Assembly (NCBI GenBank): GCA_965216785.1
Contig: OZ244197.1
Location: 2,240,001-2,304,000 of the forward strand
Direction of reading: 5' to 3'
DNA from: Thermodesulfobacteriota bacterium
GTDB taxonomy: Bacteria; Desulfobacterota_D; UBA1144; Nemesobacterales; UBA2774
Length of the DNA stretch: 64,000 bases
The translations under genes were made by a program, and so were the position numbers. Positions 19,066 through 28,663 of the stretch are shown here, one piece after another. How positions within the stretch are numbered: the stretch's first letter is position 1; each line of letters begins with the position of its first letter. Under the pieces are notes generated by a model that worked only from the letters and a program-made list of their open reading frames with translations, did no database searches and had not been told where the DNA came from.

Positions 19066-19187
19066 ATAACCTTTGTTGTCACAGCTTACGTTTTTATCAC
19101 ATACCGGCCTGGGATATCTAAAATATTTCACGAAACTCGGATAATATGAGTTAAACTATATGACAATAACGTAAGCAGGGGGTTTTT

Positions 19188-19763
19188 ATGAAATACATAT
19201 TAAGCGCAATATTGGTATTTATGGTAACCGCGGGTATGACTTATGCTCAGTCAGAAGAGCAGCCCGTTAAGACGGACAATTCTGAGAAAATTGAAAAGGC
19301 CGTTAATCAAGAGCGCCCCAGAAGAATGCGCTCTAGACAGTACAGCAGGAGGCTCAACTCTCTGATTAGAAAGTCCAGCAGAGTTGTAAATGATAAGAGC
19401 CAAACTGACGAGCTCGTAAAGATTAGAGAGGAGTATGTTGTCTCTCTTGATAAAAAAGAAGGTGAATATAGAAGTGCCCAATACCAGATACTAGAGTCAC
19501 TTTCAAACGCGGATTTCGATGAGTCTGAGGTAAAAGAGGAATTCAAGAAGACACAAGTTTTGCAAACGGCCATCTTTGAGGAGTATTTAAAAGGACTCGA
19601 CGCTCTAAAGAAGGTTATAGGAAACGAAAATTATAACAGTCTCTATACCATGAGAAGTTGGCAGGGCAAAAAGCCAAAGGCCGATGGTGAGAAGAAAAAA
19701 AATGAGGAAGAATCAAAGACTGAGCCGGAAAAGAAACCGGAAGAAAGCACTGAAGCCAAATAA
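19188..19763 (+). CDS. secreted helical protein (Spy/CpxP-like)
   Basis: Signal peptide TYA-Q; charged helical body. Confidence 0.6.
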   Translation: MKYILSAILVFMVTAGMTYAQSEEQPVKTDNSEKIEKAVNQERPRRMRSRQYSRRLNSLIRKSSRVVNDKSQTDELVKIREEYVVSLDKKEGEYRSAQYQILESLSNADFDESEVKEEFKKTQVLQTAIFEEYLKGLDALKKVIGNENYNSLYTMRSWQGKKPKADGEKKKNEEESKTEPEKKPEESTEAK

Positions 19764-19828
19764 GTAGTTAGCACGCAAAGATAACTTGTAAGCGCGCATT
19801 CAGAAGTGGTCTCATAGATATAATAACT

Positions 19829-20431
19829 ATGATTATCAAACCAACATTCATAGCAGTGCTATTCATCATTTCTGCCGTGTTGCTCTCATGCGCCGGGAGA
19901 GACATAGATGATCCCCTCGAACCCGTAGTGGCCAAGGAGGCGAGCATCCCCGTAACGGCGACAGAGCCCGCGGCCCCAGTGGTGGAAAAAGTGCCTTCTC
20001 GGGAGCTTCCTATATTAAAGAATCAAGAGCCAGAGCCAACAGTCGTTAAGCACGAGGACAATTCCGGCAGCTATGAGGATTCGTGGTCTCTGGTAGCTGA
20101 AGTAAAGGACGAGAGAGTATATACAGTATATGTAGATACCAAGAGCATAGAAAGCAATGAGACCGGGATCGAATCCTGGAGCAAGCTCGTATTCGAAAAT
20201 ACCCAGCGGGATGATGACGGGCTTTCGTATAACGAGGTTCAGATCCGCTCGTCGATAGACTGCCCGGAAAAAACTTATGCATACAACACTTCAAAATTCT
20301 ACAACTCCATAGGCCAGCTCGTCTACCAGGAAGACATCACATACAACCGTAACGATATCACCCCTAATACCCTTAGCGCCTACATAGCGGAATTCGTGTG
20401 CGGTGATGATTATGAAACCGCGGGTGAATAA
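19829..20431 (+). CDS. lipoprotein with surface-adhesin protein E-like domain
   Basis: LLSC lipobox; W...VYVDTKSI...W.K...IDC...VC pattern. Confidence 0.7.
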   Translation: MIIKPTFIAVLFIISAVLLSCAGRDIDDPLEPVVAKEASIPVTATEPAAPVVEKVPSRELPILKNQEPEPTVVKHEDNSGSYEDSWSLVAEVKDERVYTVYVDTKSIESNETGIESWSKLVFENTQRDDDGLSYNEVQIRSSIDCPEKTYAYNTSKFYNSIGQLVYQEDITYNRNDITPNTLSAYIAEFVCGDDYETAGE

Positions 20432-20475
20432 ACCCCTTGCAGCGTATGAAGTGCGGCGGCCTCATGCTATAAATT

Positions 20476-20928
20476 TTATTTCCCAATCATCCCCGCGTGC
20501 TTCTCAACCTCATTCTCATCGTAGATGTGCACAACGTCCCACCCGTCCCGGAATAGCCTCTCAGCGACAAAGCTCCTGTGGCACTCCCTCCACTTAAGCT
20601 CGGCGCACATGAAAGCGCAGGTGTTAGTCCCTGCTATCTCTAAAAGCTTGGCGATGCCCTCCTTAAATTCCCCTGACTCCATATACTCTTCATAGCCTCC
20701 TTCTCTAAAACCCCCGAGCTCTTTTATCCAGTGATACCCGATTCCAAGCCCCGGAAGTAACGCCTCCAGATGCTCCCTGTTGAAGCTCGGGTTTCTTTTC
20801 GATCGCGGATAGCTCCTAATATCAACGAGTGCCACAATCTCATGACCCTTCAATATCCGCACCAGCTCGTCAAGGTTTCTGCTGGAATGCCCGATCGAGA
20901 ATATTTTCTTTCGCGAAGCGCCGCTCAT
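20476..20928 (-). CDS. DUF488 family protein
   Basis: SIGHS, VDIRSYPRS, ELGG and MCAE...CHR motifs. Confidence 0.9.
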   Translation of the reverse strand: MSGASRKKIFSIGHSSRNLDELVRILKGHEIVALVDIRSYPRSKRNPSFNREHLEALLPGLGIGYHWIKELGGFREGGYEEYMESGEFKEGIAKLLEIAGTNTCAFMCAELKWRECHRSFVAERLFRDGWDVVHIYDENEVEKHAGMIGK

Positions 20929-21075
20929 TAAATTCACCGTTACTAAAAATCTTATCTACCTGCTATGTATAGCGCAATAAGAGGGAATTCGGGTATGCGT
21001 ATCCCAATTTCTTAAAGACCGTGTATATTACTGTGCTAAACCGAGAATCTTAAGGATCGGAGGATCACTCACACT

Positions 21076-22080
21076 ATGGCCAAGGGCAAACCTATACTCG
21101 TTACGGGCGACAGACCTACCGGAAGACTCCATTTGGGGCACCTCGTGGGCTCACTCAACAACAGAATCAAGTTTCAGGACGACTACGACTGCTATTTCCT
21201 GGTAGCCGATCTCCACATGCTCACAACGCATTACGATAAGGTCGGCGAGGTCGAGCGGAACACGCTTGAAATGGTCATGGACTGGCTCAGCGTTGGGATG
21301 GACCCTGAAAAATCGACTTTTTACATACAGTCTCAAATACCCTACATCACCGAGCTCTACGCGGTGCTCGCCATGATCTGCGGCGTTCCCCGCGCAGAGA
21401 GGATCCCAACGCTCAAGGAGAAGATTCAGGACATGGGGGTAGGGGACAACTACTCTGTCGGGCTGCTCGGCTACCCCGTGCTCATGGCCGCTGACATCCT
21501 GATGTTCAAGGCCGATAAAGTGCCGGTGGGCGAGGACCAGCTAAGCCACGTAGAGCTCACCCGCGAGCTTGCCCGCCGTTTTAACCATCTGTACGGAGAA
21601 TTCTTCACCGAACCCGACCCCGTAATCAGCGAGACCTCCAGGCTTGTGGGTACGGACGGCAACCGCAAGATGAGTAAGAGTCTTGAGAACTGCATTTACC
21701 TCTCAGACAGCGTTAAAGATGTGGAGGGGCGCGTCAGGAGCATGTACACGGACCCAAAACGCATCCGGGCCGATATCCCCGGCACAGTCGAAGGCAACCC
21801 TGTATTCATCTACCACGACGCTTTTAATACCGACATAGAGGAAGTGGATGATTTAAAAGAGCGTTACAGCACGGGCAACGTGGGAGACGTGGAGGTCAAG
21901 AAGAAGCTCGCCAGGGCCATAAACGAGCTGCTCGAGCCCATAAGGGAGAGGCGGAGCTTCTATGAAGAAAGGCTGGATGACGTAAGGGATATACTGCGTG
22001 AAGGCACAAAGAGGGCAAGAGAGACAGCGGCTGAAAATATGGACGCGATTATCACAAAGATGGGGCTCTACAAGCCTTAA
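21076..22080 (+). CDS. trpS: tryptophan--tRNA ligase
   Basis: TGDRPTGRLHLGH, YPVLMAADI, VPVGEDQ and KMSKS motifs. Confidence 0.97.
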   Translation: MAKGKPILVTGDRPTGRLHLGHLVGSLNNRIKFQDDYDCYFLVADLHMLTTHYDKVGEVERNTLEMVMDWLSVGMDPEKSTFYIQSQIPYITELYAVLAMICGVPRAERIPTLKEKIQDMGVGDNYSVGLLGYPVLMAADILMFKADKVPVGEDQLSHVELTRELARRFNHLYGEFFTEPDPVISETSRLVGTDGNRKMSKSLENCIYLSDSVKDVEGRVRSMYTDPKRIRADIPGTVEGNPVFIYHDAFNTDIEEVDDLKERYSTGNVGDVEVKKKLARAINELLEPIRERRSFYEERLDDVRDILREGTKRARETAAENMDAIITKMGLYKP

Positions 22081-22223
22081 TCTATTCAGGGCTCCGTACT
22101 GTCTTGCTCTGTCTGATCGTTTTCAGGCTCTTCTTCTTTTCCGCCCGTATTATATCTGTCCAGCAAGAACAGCGCTCCGAACGAAATTATAATACCTATA
22201 GCGATTAAGAGGGTTTTCATTTC

Positions 22224-22841
22224 TTAGTGTTTTGCAAGCGGGCGCCCTTCGATAGTCTCTCTCATCCTCTCAAGAAGAAGCGACTCTATATAGCCGTTTG
22301 ACTCGATCTCATAACCGATCTTCCCAGAGAACGTATAGGGCCTTATCGAATAGTCGATATCTACTTTCGTAATATCCCCGGACTCTTTAATAAGCGCTAT
22401 TTTCAAGTTTTCCTGTGTGAAGACAGTCTGACCCGTATTCGGCCTGTTACGGCCTACTTTATCTAAGTAGTCGTTAATGTCAGAGGTCTGAAGCGCCTTT
22501 TTCGAAGGCCATGTGTAGGTCCTGAAGAGCTTTCCTGATTTTCGGTATACATAGGCTTCCTTTAGCCTTATCACTCCACGGGCCTCGTCAACGAACGCGG
22601 GCGGCCACTGAAGCCACTTTACACTCTCGACAGCGGCGGTCCATACCTCGTTATAGGGCGCTGCGAACTCGTTTGTATTTAGATCTGAGGGTTTTTTGGA
22701 AGGTTTTTTCCTAGTGCTTGTCATTGTGGCCGGAGGGTCTTTTACTTCGTAAGACCTCGGTGTATATACGCTCCCGCCCCCGCAGCCCGCCGCGAAAAGT
22801 ACAGATATTATAAGAAGTATATTTAGTAACCTTGGCCCCAT
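22224..22841 (-). CDS. hypothetical lipoprotein
   Basis: AAGC lipobox; start moved to MGPRLL. Confidence 0.7.
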   Translation of the reverse strand: MGPRLLNILLIISVLFAAGCGGGSVYTPRSYEVKDPPATMTSTRKKPSKKPSDLNTNEFAAPYNEVWTAAVESVKWLQWPPAFVDEARGVIRLKEAYVYRKSGKLFRTYTWPSKKALQTSDINDYLDKVGRNRPNTGQTVFTQENLKIALIKESGDITKVDIDYSIRPYTFSGKIGYEIESNGYIESLLLERMRETIEGRPLAKH

Positions 22842-22924
22842 CGCATTTAAATGTAACACATTTTTCTCACATTACTTATATAAATTTTAAGCAAGTATAC
22901 ATACACTGTATGCCGTGTTGAATT

Positions 22925-23878
22925 CTAACTGCCAACCTCTATAAGCTCCTCAGGATAAGGATGAAAATAAGTCTGTCTGGCAAGATATGACTCGTTGTGC
23001 TTAATAATCCAGGACTCCATCACAGATTGCAGAGCGCCAAGCGTTGTCTTCTCATTCCTGTATTTTTCAAGGAGGTCCAGGAAAAAACTTTTCTCCTTTG
23101 CCGTAAGCGCTTCCGAGAAATACCCGAGTCCGTGCATCAGGACGTTTATATTAGAGCTCCTGCGGGGTGTTTTAGACAGGGCTTTTCTAAGGTGCGCGTC
23201 ATACAAAGTAAGAGTTTCTTCTACTGGTCTGCGCTCCTTGTTAGCGACAATCCGCCCGAGCTCCTTCATCTCCTTTTGGTTATAGGACATTAGAACAAAC
23301 TTGTTGTCGCTCTGAAACTCGACGAGCGCACTCATCGCGGCTTTCTTTTTCGTCTGTCTCCATCTTGCGAGCGTGAATATTCTAGTAAGATAATGCTCTC
23401 TTATCGCGGGGTTCCTAAGCCTCCCTTCATCTTCTATTGCGGCCCCCGGAAATTTTTCAAGTACCTTCTCCGCGAATAGCCCCGGGCCCTTGCCTGTTGC
23501 CGAAGGGTTCTCGGCGTCCGGATACAGCTTCGTATCTTTAATAGCGCACGATGGCGAGCGGTTCTTCAGTATAAACCCGTCCACTTCCCCCAGCGCGCCC
23601 AGGTGCTTATCCGAAAACTCGTTCATAAGCTTGCTAAGGTCCCGCCCGGTAGAGGGCTGGATGAGTTTCCTCATTCCTTTTTTACTCACTATACGTATTG
23701 GGTCTCTGGGAATCCCGAGCCCGATCTCTACCTCGGGGCACACGGGCAGGAATTTGACGTAAGGCTCTAGAGCCTGCACGAAATTGTTGGGGATCATTTG
23801 CCCGTTATAGCGGCACGCGTCAAACTCAAAGCATTTGCTTGTGACAATTATGGGTTTTGGGAATGTTTCACGCTTCAT
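22925..23878 (-). CDS. DUF523/DUF1722 (YbgA-like, 2-thiouracil desulfurase domain) protein
   Basis: SKC...CRYNG, CPEVEIGLGIPR, SPSC, EDEGRL, H.LGYF and HPYPEEL motifs; ATGA overlap with the upstream gene. Confidence 0.9.
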   Translation of the reverse strand: MKRETFPKPIIVTSKCFEFDACRYNGQMIPNNFVQALEPYVKFLPVCPEVEIGLGIPRDPIRIVSKKGMRKLIQPSTGRDLSKLMNEFSDKHLGALGEVDGFILKNRSPSCAIKDTKLYPDAENPSATGKGPGLFAEKVLEKFPGAAIEDEGRLRNPAIREHYLTRIFTLARWRQTKKKAAMSALVEFQSDNKFVLMSYNQKEMKELGRIVANKERRPVEETLTLYDAHLRKALSKTPRRSSNINVLMHGLGYFSEALTAKEKSFFLDLLEKYRNEKTTLGALQSVMESWIIKHNESYLARQTYFHPYPEELIEVGS

Positions 23879-24666
23879 TGCACTGTCGAGGTAGATGTGG
23901 CCTGCGAGCCCATGGCGGCGGAACGTATTTCTTCCCACTTACTCTCAAGCACCCTCAGCGCCGACTCTGAAGCCTCGTAATCACCGTCCGCAGCAAGCTC
24001 TATGGCGCGGCGTATCTCGGTAACCGAGTCTTCGTTCTTAAGCGTATCCTGCACTATGTATCCGCAGAGCTCACCGTAATTAAGGAGCACAAACCCAGTG
24101 CCGTCAAATCCGCTCAGCCATCCAAGCAAATTCTCTACGCCTTCCTTGGTTACTGAAAGCATCTCGCCAAGGGTAGGGTAGGCGGACTTTTCCCCAAGCT
24201 CAGAGAGCGCGTCTTCAAGGTCCGCAATAGATTCCTTTAGTCTCTGTGCCGCGTCTTTTACCCTGGTGTTGTAATAGATCGAGTCCTGGTGCACGGCGCC
24301 AAAACCGGTGTGGGTGTAAAAGTATTTCTTTTCGTCCCCTACGTACATTAACAGCCACTCATAGGGCACAAAGTTCTCCGCGCTGAATATGTTCAGATTA
24401 ATTTCCTGGGTAATAGGGGCCAAAAAGTGTTTGCCCTCTTTATCTTTAATGAAAAAACAGTCCCTTATCTCCTCTGCTTCAAGCCCGAGCTCCGCCGAGA
24501 GCGAGCTTCTAAAATCCTCGTACTCCTTCCCGTACCAAGAGGACTGGGGCGTCGCGGGTCCGTCCCAGTACTTCTCGTAAAAATTAATATAGCTCCTCCA
24601 GTAACTCTCCATCTCACCTGTCGATTCAATGGGCTGGTAAACCATCAGCACGCTAATCGCCATCAC
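23875..24666 (-). CDS. conserved hypothetical protein
   Basis: 263-aa ORF with GAGGT SD, translationally coupled to the YbgA-like gene. Confidence 0.75.
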   Translation of the reverse strand: MMAISVLMVYQPIESTGEMESYWRSYINFYEKYWDGPATPQSSWYGKEYEDFRSSLSAELGLEAEEIRDCFFIKDKEGKHFLAPITQEINLNIFSAENFVPYEWLLMYVGDEKKYFYTHTGFGAVHQDSIYYNTRVKDAAQRLKESIADLEDALSELGEKSAYPTLGEMLSVTKEGVENLLGWLSGFDGTGFVLLNYGELCGYIVQDTLKNEDSVTEIRRAIELAADGDYEASESALRVLESKWEEIRSAAMGSQATSTSTVQ

Positions 24667-24738
24667 GACCTCACTTGTCTATGTTGTATATCTATATTTA
24701 GTCTAGCGAATTACTGTGAAAATACCTAATGGGCGGGG

Positions 24739-26118
24739 TTAGGAGGTAAAGACGCTGTCTTCCCCGAGCTTGTTAATATAGCTCTCGTCTATCCTGCCGC
24801 CCGAGTACGCTTCCTGGGCCAGGTTGCGCATTTCGTAATGGTTCACGATGGGGCTCACGTAAGGGAGCTTATAGGTAAGGGGATTGTGGATCTTCTCGGG
24901 CTCCACGTCTTCGAGCTCCGGAATGTATTTTTTGATATATATGCAATCAGGATCAAACTTTGTGGATTGAAGAAGCGGGTTAAATATCCTAAAGGGCTTT
25001 GGGTCAGCGCCGCACGAGGCCACCCACTGCCAGTTGCCGATGTCCACTGTCTCGTCATAATCAACAAGGTGCTCGGAGAAATGCTTATCCCCCCAGCGCC
25101 AGTCGGTCAGCAGGTCCTTGGTGAGAAAAGAAGCCACGATCATCCTCACCCGGTTGTGTATCCAGCCTTCCTCCAGGAGCTGTCTCATCCCGGCGTCCAC
25201 AATAGGGTATCCGGTCCGTCCTTCTCTCCACGCCTTGTACCAGCTCTCGTTATTAATCCAGCGGATGCTCCTTCTCTTCTCCTGAAACTCGAGCTCTCTG
25301 GTCTCGGGGAAATAGTGCATGATGTGGTACCAGAACTCCCTCCACGCGAGCTCTGAGATAAATACGTCCGGTTCCTTCGCGCTGTTTACCGCGGACTTAT
25401 ATACTTTCCTTATAGACGTTACGCCGAATCGTATGTAGGGCGACATCCTGGACGTGCCGTCCATAAATGGCAAGTCCCGATTTTCCTTATAACTCTCGTA
25501 ATCAAAGTCCTCGAGCCTCTTCGCTGTAAGTCCGATCGGCCAATGCGTGTTTTCTGTCTGCGATATTCCACTTACCATCTCTTGTGCGGGGGCCATCTCG
25601 ATCGCCGGCGATTTGATCTCATCTAAGTTAAGCTCTAGTATGGTTCTCTTGTTCCTTCCCTGCCATAGCTTATAGAACGGAGTGAATACCTTTCGCTGAT
25701 CGATCTCCGCCGGCGGCACCAGGAAAGTGTCTTCAAACTTTTTATATATAACCCCTGTAGCGCGGCATTTGTGCTCGACTCCCAGGTCCCTCGTTACCCC
25801 GGAGAACCCATACGCCCTGTTCGTATAGACAGAGTCGATCTTATGAGTCTTGATGAGCTCGGGTAATATATCTTCCGCTTTTCCCCTGGCTACATAAAGA
25901 TATGAGCCAAGACTCCTGAGCTCGGCATCCAGGTTTCTAAGAGCGTCCACGAAAAACGCGAGCCTTTTGCTTGTGGATGAATACCGGTTCAGTATCTCAT
26001 CTTCCAGGACGTAAACGGGCAGCACTTCCTTGTTCTCGGTCACCGCGTGGTAGAGTCCGGTATTGTCCTCCACTCTCAGGTCTCTTTTGAACCAGAATAG
26101 CGCCGTGTGGTTTTGCAT
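24739..26118 (-). CDS. phrB: deoxyribodipyrimidine photolyase (CPD class I / cryptochrome family)
   Basis: WFKRDLRVEDN, TSRMSPYIRFG, ELAWREF, GRTGYPIVDAGMRQL, HNRVRM, GNWQW and FRIFNP motifs. Confidence 0.92.
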   Translation of the reverse strand: MQNHTALFWFKRDLRVEDNTGLYHAVTENKEVLPVYVLEDEILNRYSSTSKRLAFFVDALRNLDAELRSLGSYLYVARGKAEDILPELIKTHKIDSVYTNRAYGFSGVTRDLGVEHKCRATGVIYKKFEDTFLVPPAEIDQRKVFTPFYKLWQGRNKRTILELNLDEIKSPAIEMAPAQEMVSGISQTENTHWPIGLTAKRLEDFDYESYKENRDLPFMDGTSRMSPYIRFGVTSIRKVYKSAVNSAKEPDVFISELAWREFWYHIMHYFPETRELEFQEKRRSIRWINNESWYKAWREGRTGYPIVDAGMRQLLEEGWIHNRVRMIVASFLTKDLLTDWRWGDKHFSEHLVDYDETVDIGNWQWVASCGADPKPFRIFNPLLQSTKFDPDCIYIKKYIPELEDVEPEKIHNPLTYKLPYVSPIVNHYEMRNLAQEAYSGGRIDESYINKLGEDSVFTS

Positions 26119-26465
26119 AGCCTTTTAAAATGCTTCCTATATATAAAGGATGTGGTGCCGTAGTTACGGGATAGTCGGGAAATCTCTACCGAAATATGCG
26201 AATATACTACATATATAAGCTATTTATCGATGAAGGCTCTCCCAAAGCACCTACTTCTCCCACTAATATTTCTATTGTACTCGGTTCTGTCCCCAGTCTC
26301 TACAAAAAATATAATTTGATATAAAAAAGTGTCATAACCCGTTTTAAAAAGAGGTGTGTTTTATACCTCCATTAGGAAAAGGTTTGCTTCGATTAAAGCT
26401 GCAAGGGGCAGTCCTGGACTGTACAGAGCTTGCTAAAACCATTATAAGCGCGGTTTCTTCGTTTT

Positions 26466-26540
26466 CCCCTTCCCCCTTGGTGGGGGGAAGGGTTAAGGAT
26501 TGGGGTGATATCTTTGTCATTCCCGCGTGGGGAGCGGATT
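26466..26540. repeat. REP-like elements downstream of the sigma gene
   Basis: CCCCTTCCCCCTTGGTGGGGGGAAGGG hairpin plus a GTCATTCCCGCG... unit. Confidence 0.55.
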
Positions 26541-26549
26541 ATGCGCTTA

Positions 26550-27722
26550 TTAAAGATACCCCTTCAACACCTCTCCAGCGCCGGACTGGGCGATCTTCCT
26601 GAGCGCCGCTTTCTCGATCTGCCTAATCCTCTCTCGGGTAACACCGAATCTGCCGCCTATCTCATCCAGCGTGTATGTCGTGTTTATTCCAAGCCCGTAA
26701 CGCATTCTTACGACCTGCTCCTCTTTAGCGCTGAGCTCGGAGAGTGATTCGTCAAGAAGCTCCTTTACCCTTTTGCCGGTAAACGCTCTCTCCTGACTCC
26801 TGATCCCGGGGTCGGGCAGATAGTCCACGAAAGTCTTCGAGCCATCCTTATTCACGGGGTTGTCGAGTGAAAGCACGCTGTCCTTTCCGTCTATTACAGC
26901 CTGCACCAGCTCCACAGGGAGTTTGGCTCTCTTGGATATCTCATCCGGGAGCGGGTTTCTTCCCAGCTCGTCCCTAAGCTCAGACTTTGCTTTAAAAACC
27001 TTTGCCGATTGCTCGAGCACGTAAACTGGCACTTTAATAGTCCTTGTTTTCTCCGCCAGAGCCCTGGTGAGCGACTGGTGTATCCACCACGCGGCATAGG
27101 TGGAGAACTTAAACCCCTTGGTGTGGTCAAATTTGTCAACCGCTCTCATAAGACCCAGGTTCCCTTCCTGCACAAGGTCTGTCAGAGCAAGTCCCCTTCC
27201 CAGGTAACGCTTGGAGATGCTTACGACGAATCTAAGGTTAGAGCGTATGAACTGAGATTTATATGAGTGAGCTTTCTCAGAATAGATCTTATTAAACTTA
27301 TCAAGCTTTCTCAGATGACTCTTGTCTATGCTTGCTGTGGTGTCCTCTCTAAGACTTGAGTCAGTTAACCCCTCGATCTCTTTTTGTATCTCTTTTGCGC
27401 GCCTCTCACATTCCTTAATCTTTGCTCCAAGCTCCTTCTCGTCCGTGGAGGTTAGCAGAGGCTCGGTAAGAAGGTCTCTGAAATAAACATAGAGCACCCT
27501 CTCTTCCTCATACTTTGTCCAGTTCTCTGTGTCGTTGCCGTAGCTTGCGCGCACGGTATTGTTCTTTTCGTCCTCGCTCTCGTCTTCCGAGCTAAAGGTT
27601 TTGTTCTCTTTAACCTTCAATTCATCCCCGTCAGAGTCCGCGAACTCCATATTTTCACTTTCAAACTCTATGTATTCTTCTTCGTTCAATAACCCTTCAA
27701 AATCGATGTTTGTCATGTCCAT
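26550..27722 (-). CDS. alternative RpoD/SigA-family sigma-70 factor (no region 1.1)
   Basis: SNLRFVVSISKRY, DLVQEGNLGLMRAVDKFD, FSTYAAWWIHQ and TRERIRQIE motifs; acidic unstructured N-terminus. Confidence 0.92.
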   Translation of the reverse strand: MDMTNIDFEGLLNEEEYIEFESENMEFADSDGDELKVKENKTFSSEDESEDEKNNTVRASYGNDTENWTKYEEERVLYVYFRDLLTEPLLTSTDEKELGAKIKECERRAKEIQKEIEGLTDSSLREDTTASIDKSHLRKLDKFNKIYSEKAHSYKSQFIRSNLRFVVSISKRYLGRGLALTDLVQEGNLGLMRAVDKFDHTKGFKFSTYAAWWIHQSLTRALAEKTRTIKVPVYVLEQSAKVFKAKSELRDELGRNPLPDEISKRAKLPVELVQAVIDGKDSVLSLDNPVNKDGSKTFVDYLPDPGIRSQERAFTGKRVKELLDESLSELSAKEEQVVRMRYGLGINTTYTLDEIGGRFGVTRERIRQIEKAALRKIAQSGAGEVLKGYL

Positions 27723-27775
27723 GGTTTTATCTCTTTTATGAATTCATTGGTTTTAGATGATTTTTTTTGCCAAAT

Positions 27776-27798
27776 GGGTCCGGCTCGCGCCGGACCCT
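27776..27798. terminator. stem-loop between the fasciclin and sigma genes
   Basis: GGGTCCGGC-TCGC-GCCGGACCC; only a weak U-tract on the minus strand. Confidence 0.5.
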
Positions 27799-27819
27799 AA
27801 CCCCATCTTATTAATATTG

Positions 27820-28335
27820 TCAATTCGGTATCATTACCGTATCCACAACGTGTATAACGCCGTTACTAGCCATAATGTCTGGCTTTACCACGGTTGCGTT
27901 GTCCACTGTAACGGTGCCGTCGTTAACGCTTATGGGTATATTTTTACCGTTAACGGACTTGGCCTCTTTAAGGTTAACGACCTGCTCCGCGGTTACCTTT
28001 CCGGGCACTACATGATAGGTAAGCACAGCTACAAGCTGCTCCTTGTTCTCAGGCTTAAGCAGGTTCTCTACCGTTCCGTCAGGGAGCTTTGCGAACGCTT
28101 CGTCAGTTGGGGCGAACACAGTGAACGGCCCTTCGCCTTTGAGTGTCTCCACCAGACCCGCAGCCTGTACCGCGGCTACTAGAGTATCGAAAGACCCCGC
28201 CTGCACTGCCGTGTCCACAATATCCTTATTCTCCGCTTCATGACTTCCGGAATGTGAATACACGGTGCCTAATAACAGCACAGTGACTAAAGCTATTAAA
28301 GATACTACCGACCTAGACTTACCAAGTAATCTCAT
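27820..28335 (-). CDS. fasciclin domain protein
   Basis: [17 protein letters not shown] and NGVIHVVD motifs; signal peptide; AGGAGG SD before MRLLGK. Confidence 0.95.
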   Translation of the reverse strand: MRLLGKSRSVVSLIALVTVLLLGTVYSHSGSHEAENKDIVDTAVQAGSFDTLVAAVQAAGLVETLKGEGPFTVFAPTDEAFAKLPDGTVENLLKPENKEQLVAVLTYHVVPGKVTAEQVVNLKEAKSVNGKNIPISVNDGTVTVDNATVVKPDIMASNGVIHVVDTVMIPN

Positions 28336-28428
28336 TTGATTACCTCCTGTAAAGTATTTGTAAAATTTTTGTTCTACTCTTAATCTCATGTTCGTTTTCA
28401 CTGTCTGACTATGCTGAAAATCAACATA

Positions 28429-28476
28429 TGTCTATCGTATGTCTAATAGTATATGCATATGTATAATATATGTCAA
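28429..28476 (-). promoter_or_regulatory. sigma70 promoter overlapped by CarH-type direct repeats
   Basis: TTGACA(28476-71)-17 nt-TATACT(28453-48); TnnACATA repeats at 28471/28460 and 28440/28429, each pair 11 bp apart. Confidence 0.75.
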
Positions 28477-28628
28477 GCATGTTCTGTTAGGTATAGAAAA
28501 ATTGCATTTTTTCGGTTCTATTTGTATATATCCAATGATATCAGGGCTATTATGATCTGCTTGCGCTATATATAAAGCACAAAGTTCTCTATATATATTA
28601 TTTACGCTTGATTTGTTACCTTAATAGC

Positions 28629-28657
28629 TTGACATATGTTAGACAGTCGTTTAACTT
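28629..28657 (+). promoter_or_regulatory. carH promoter with 11-bp-spaced repeats
   Basis: TTGACA(28629), TAGACA(28640) and TTAACT(28651); -10 TAACTT at 28652-57. Confidence 0.65.
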
Positions 28658-28663
28658 AACTGT

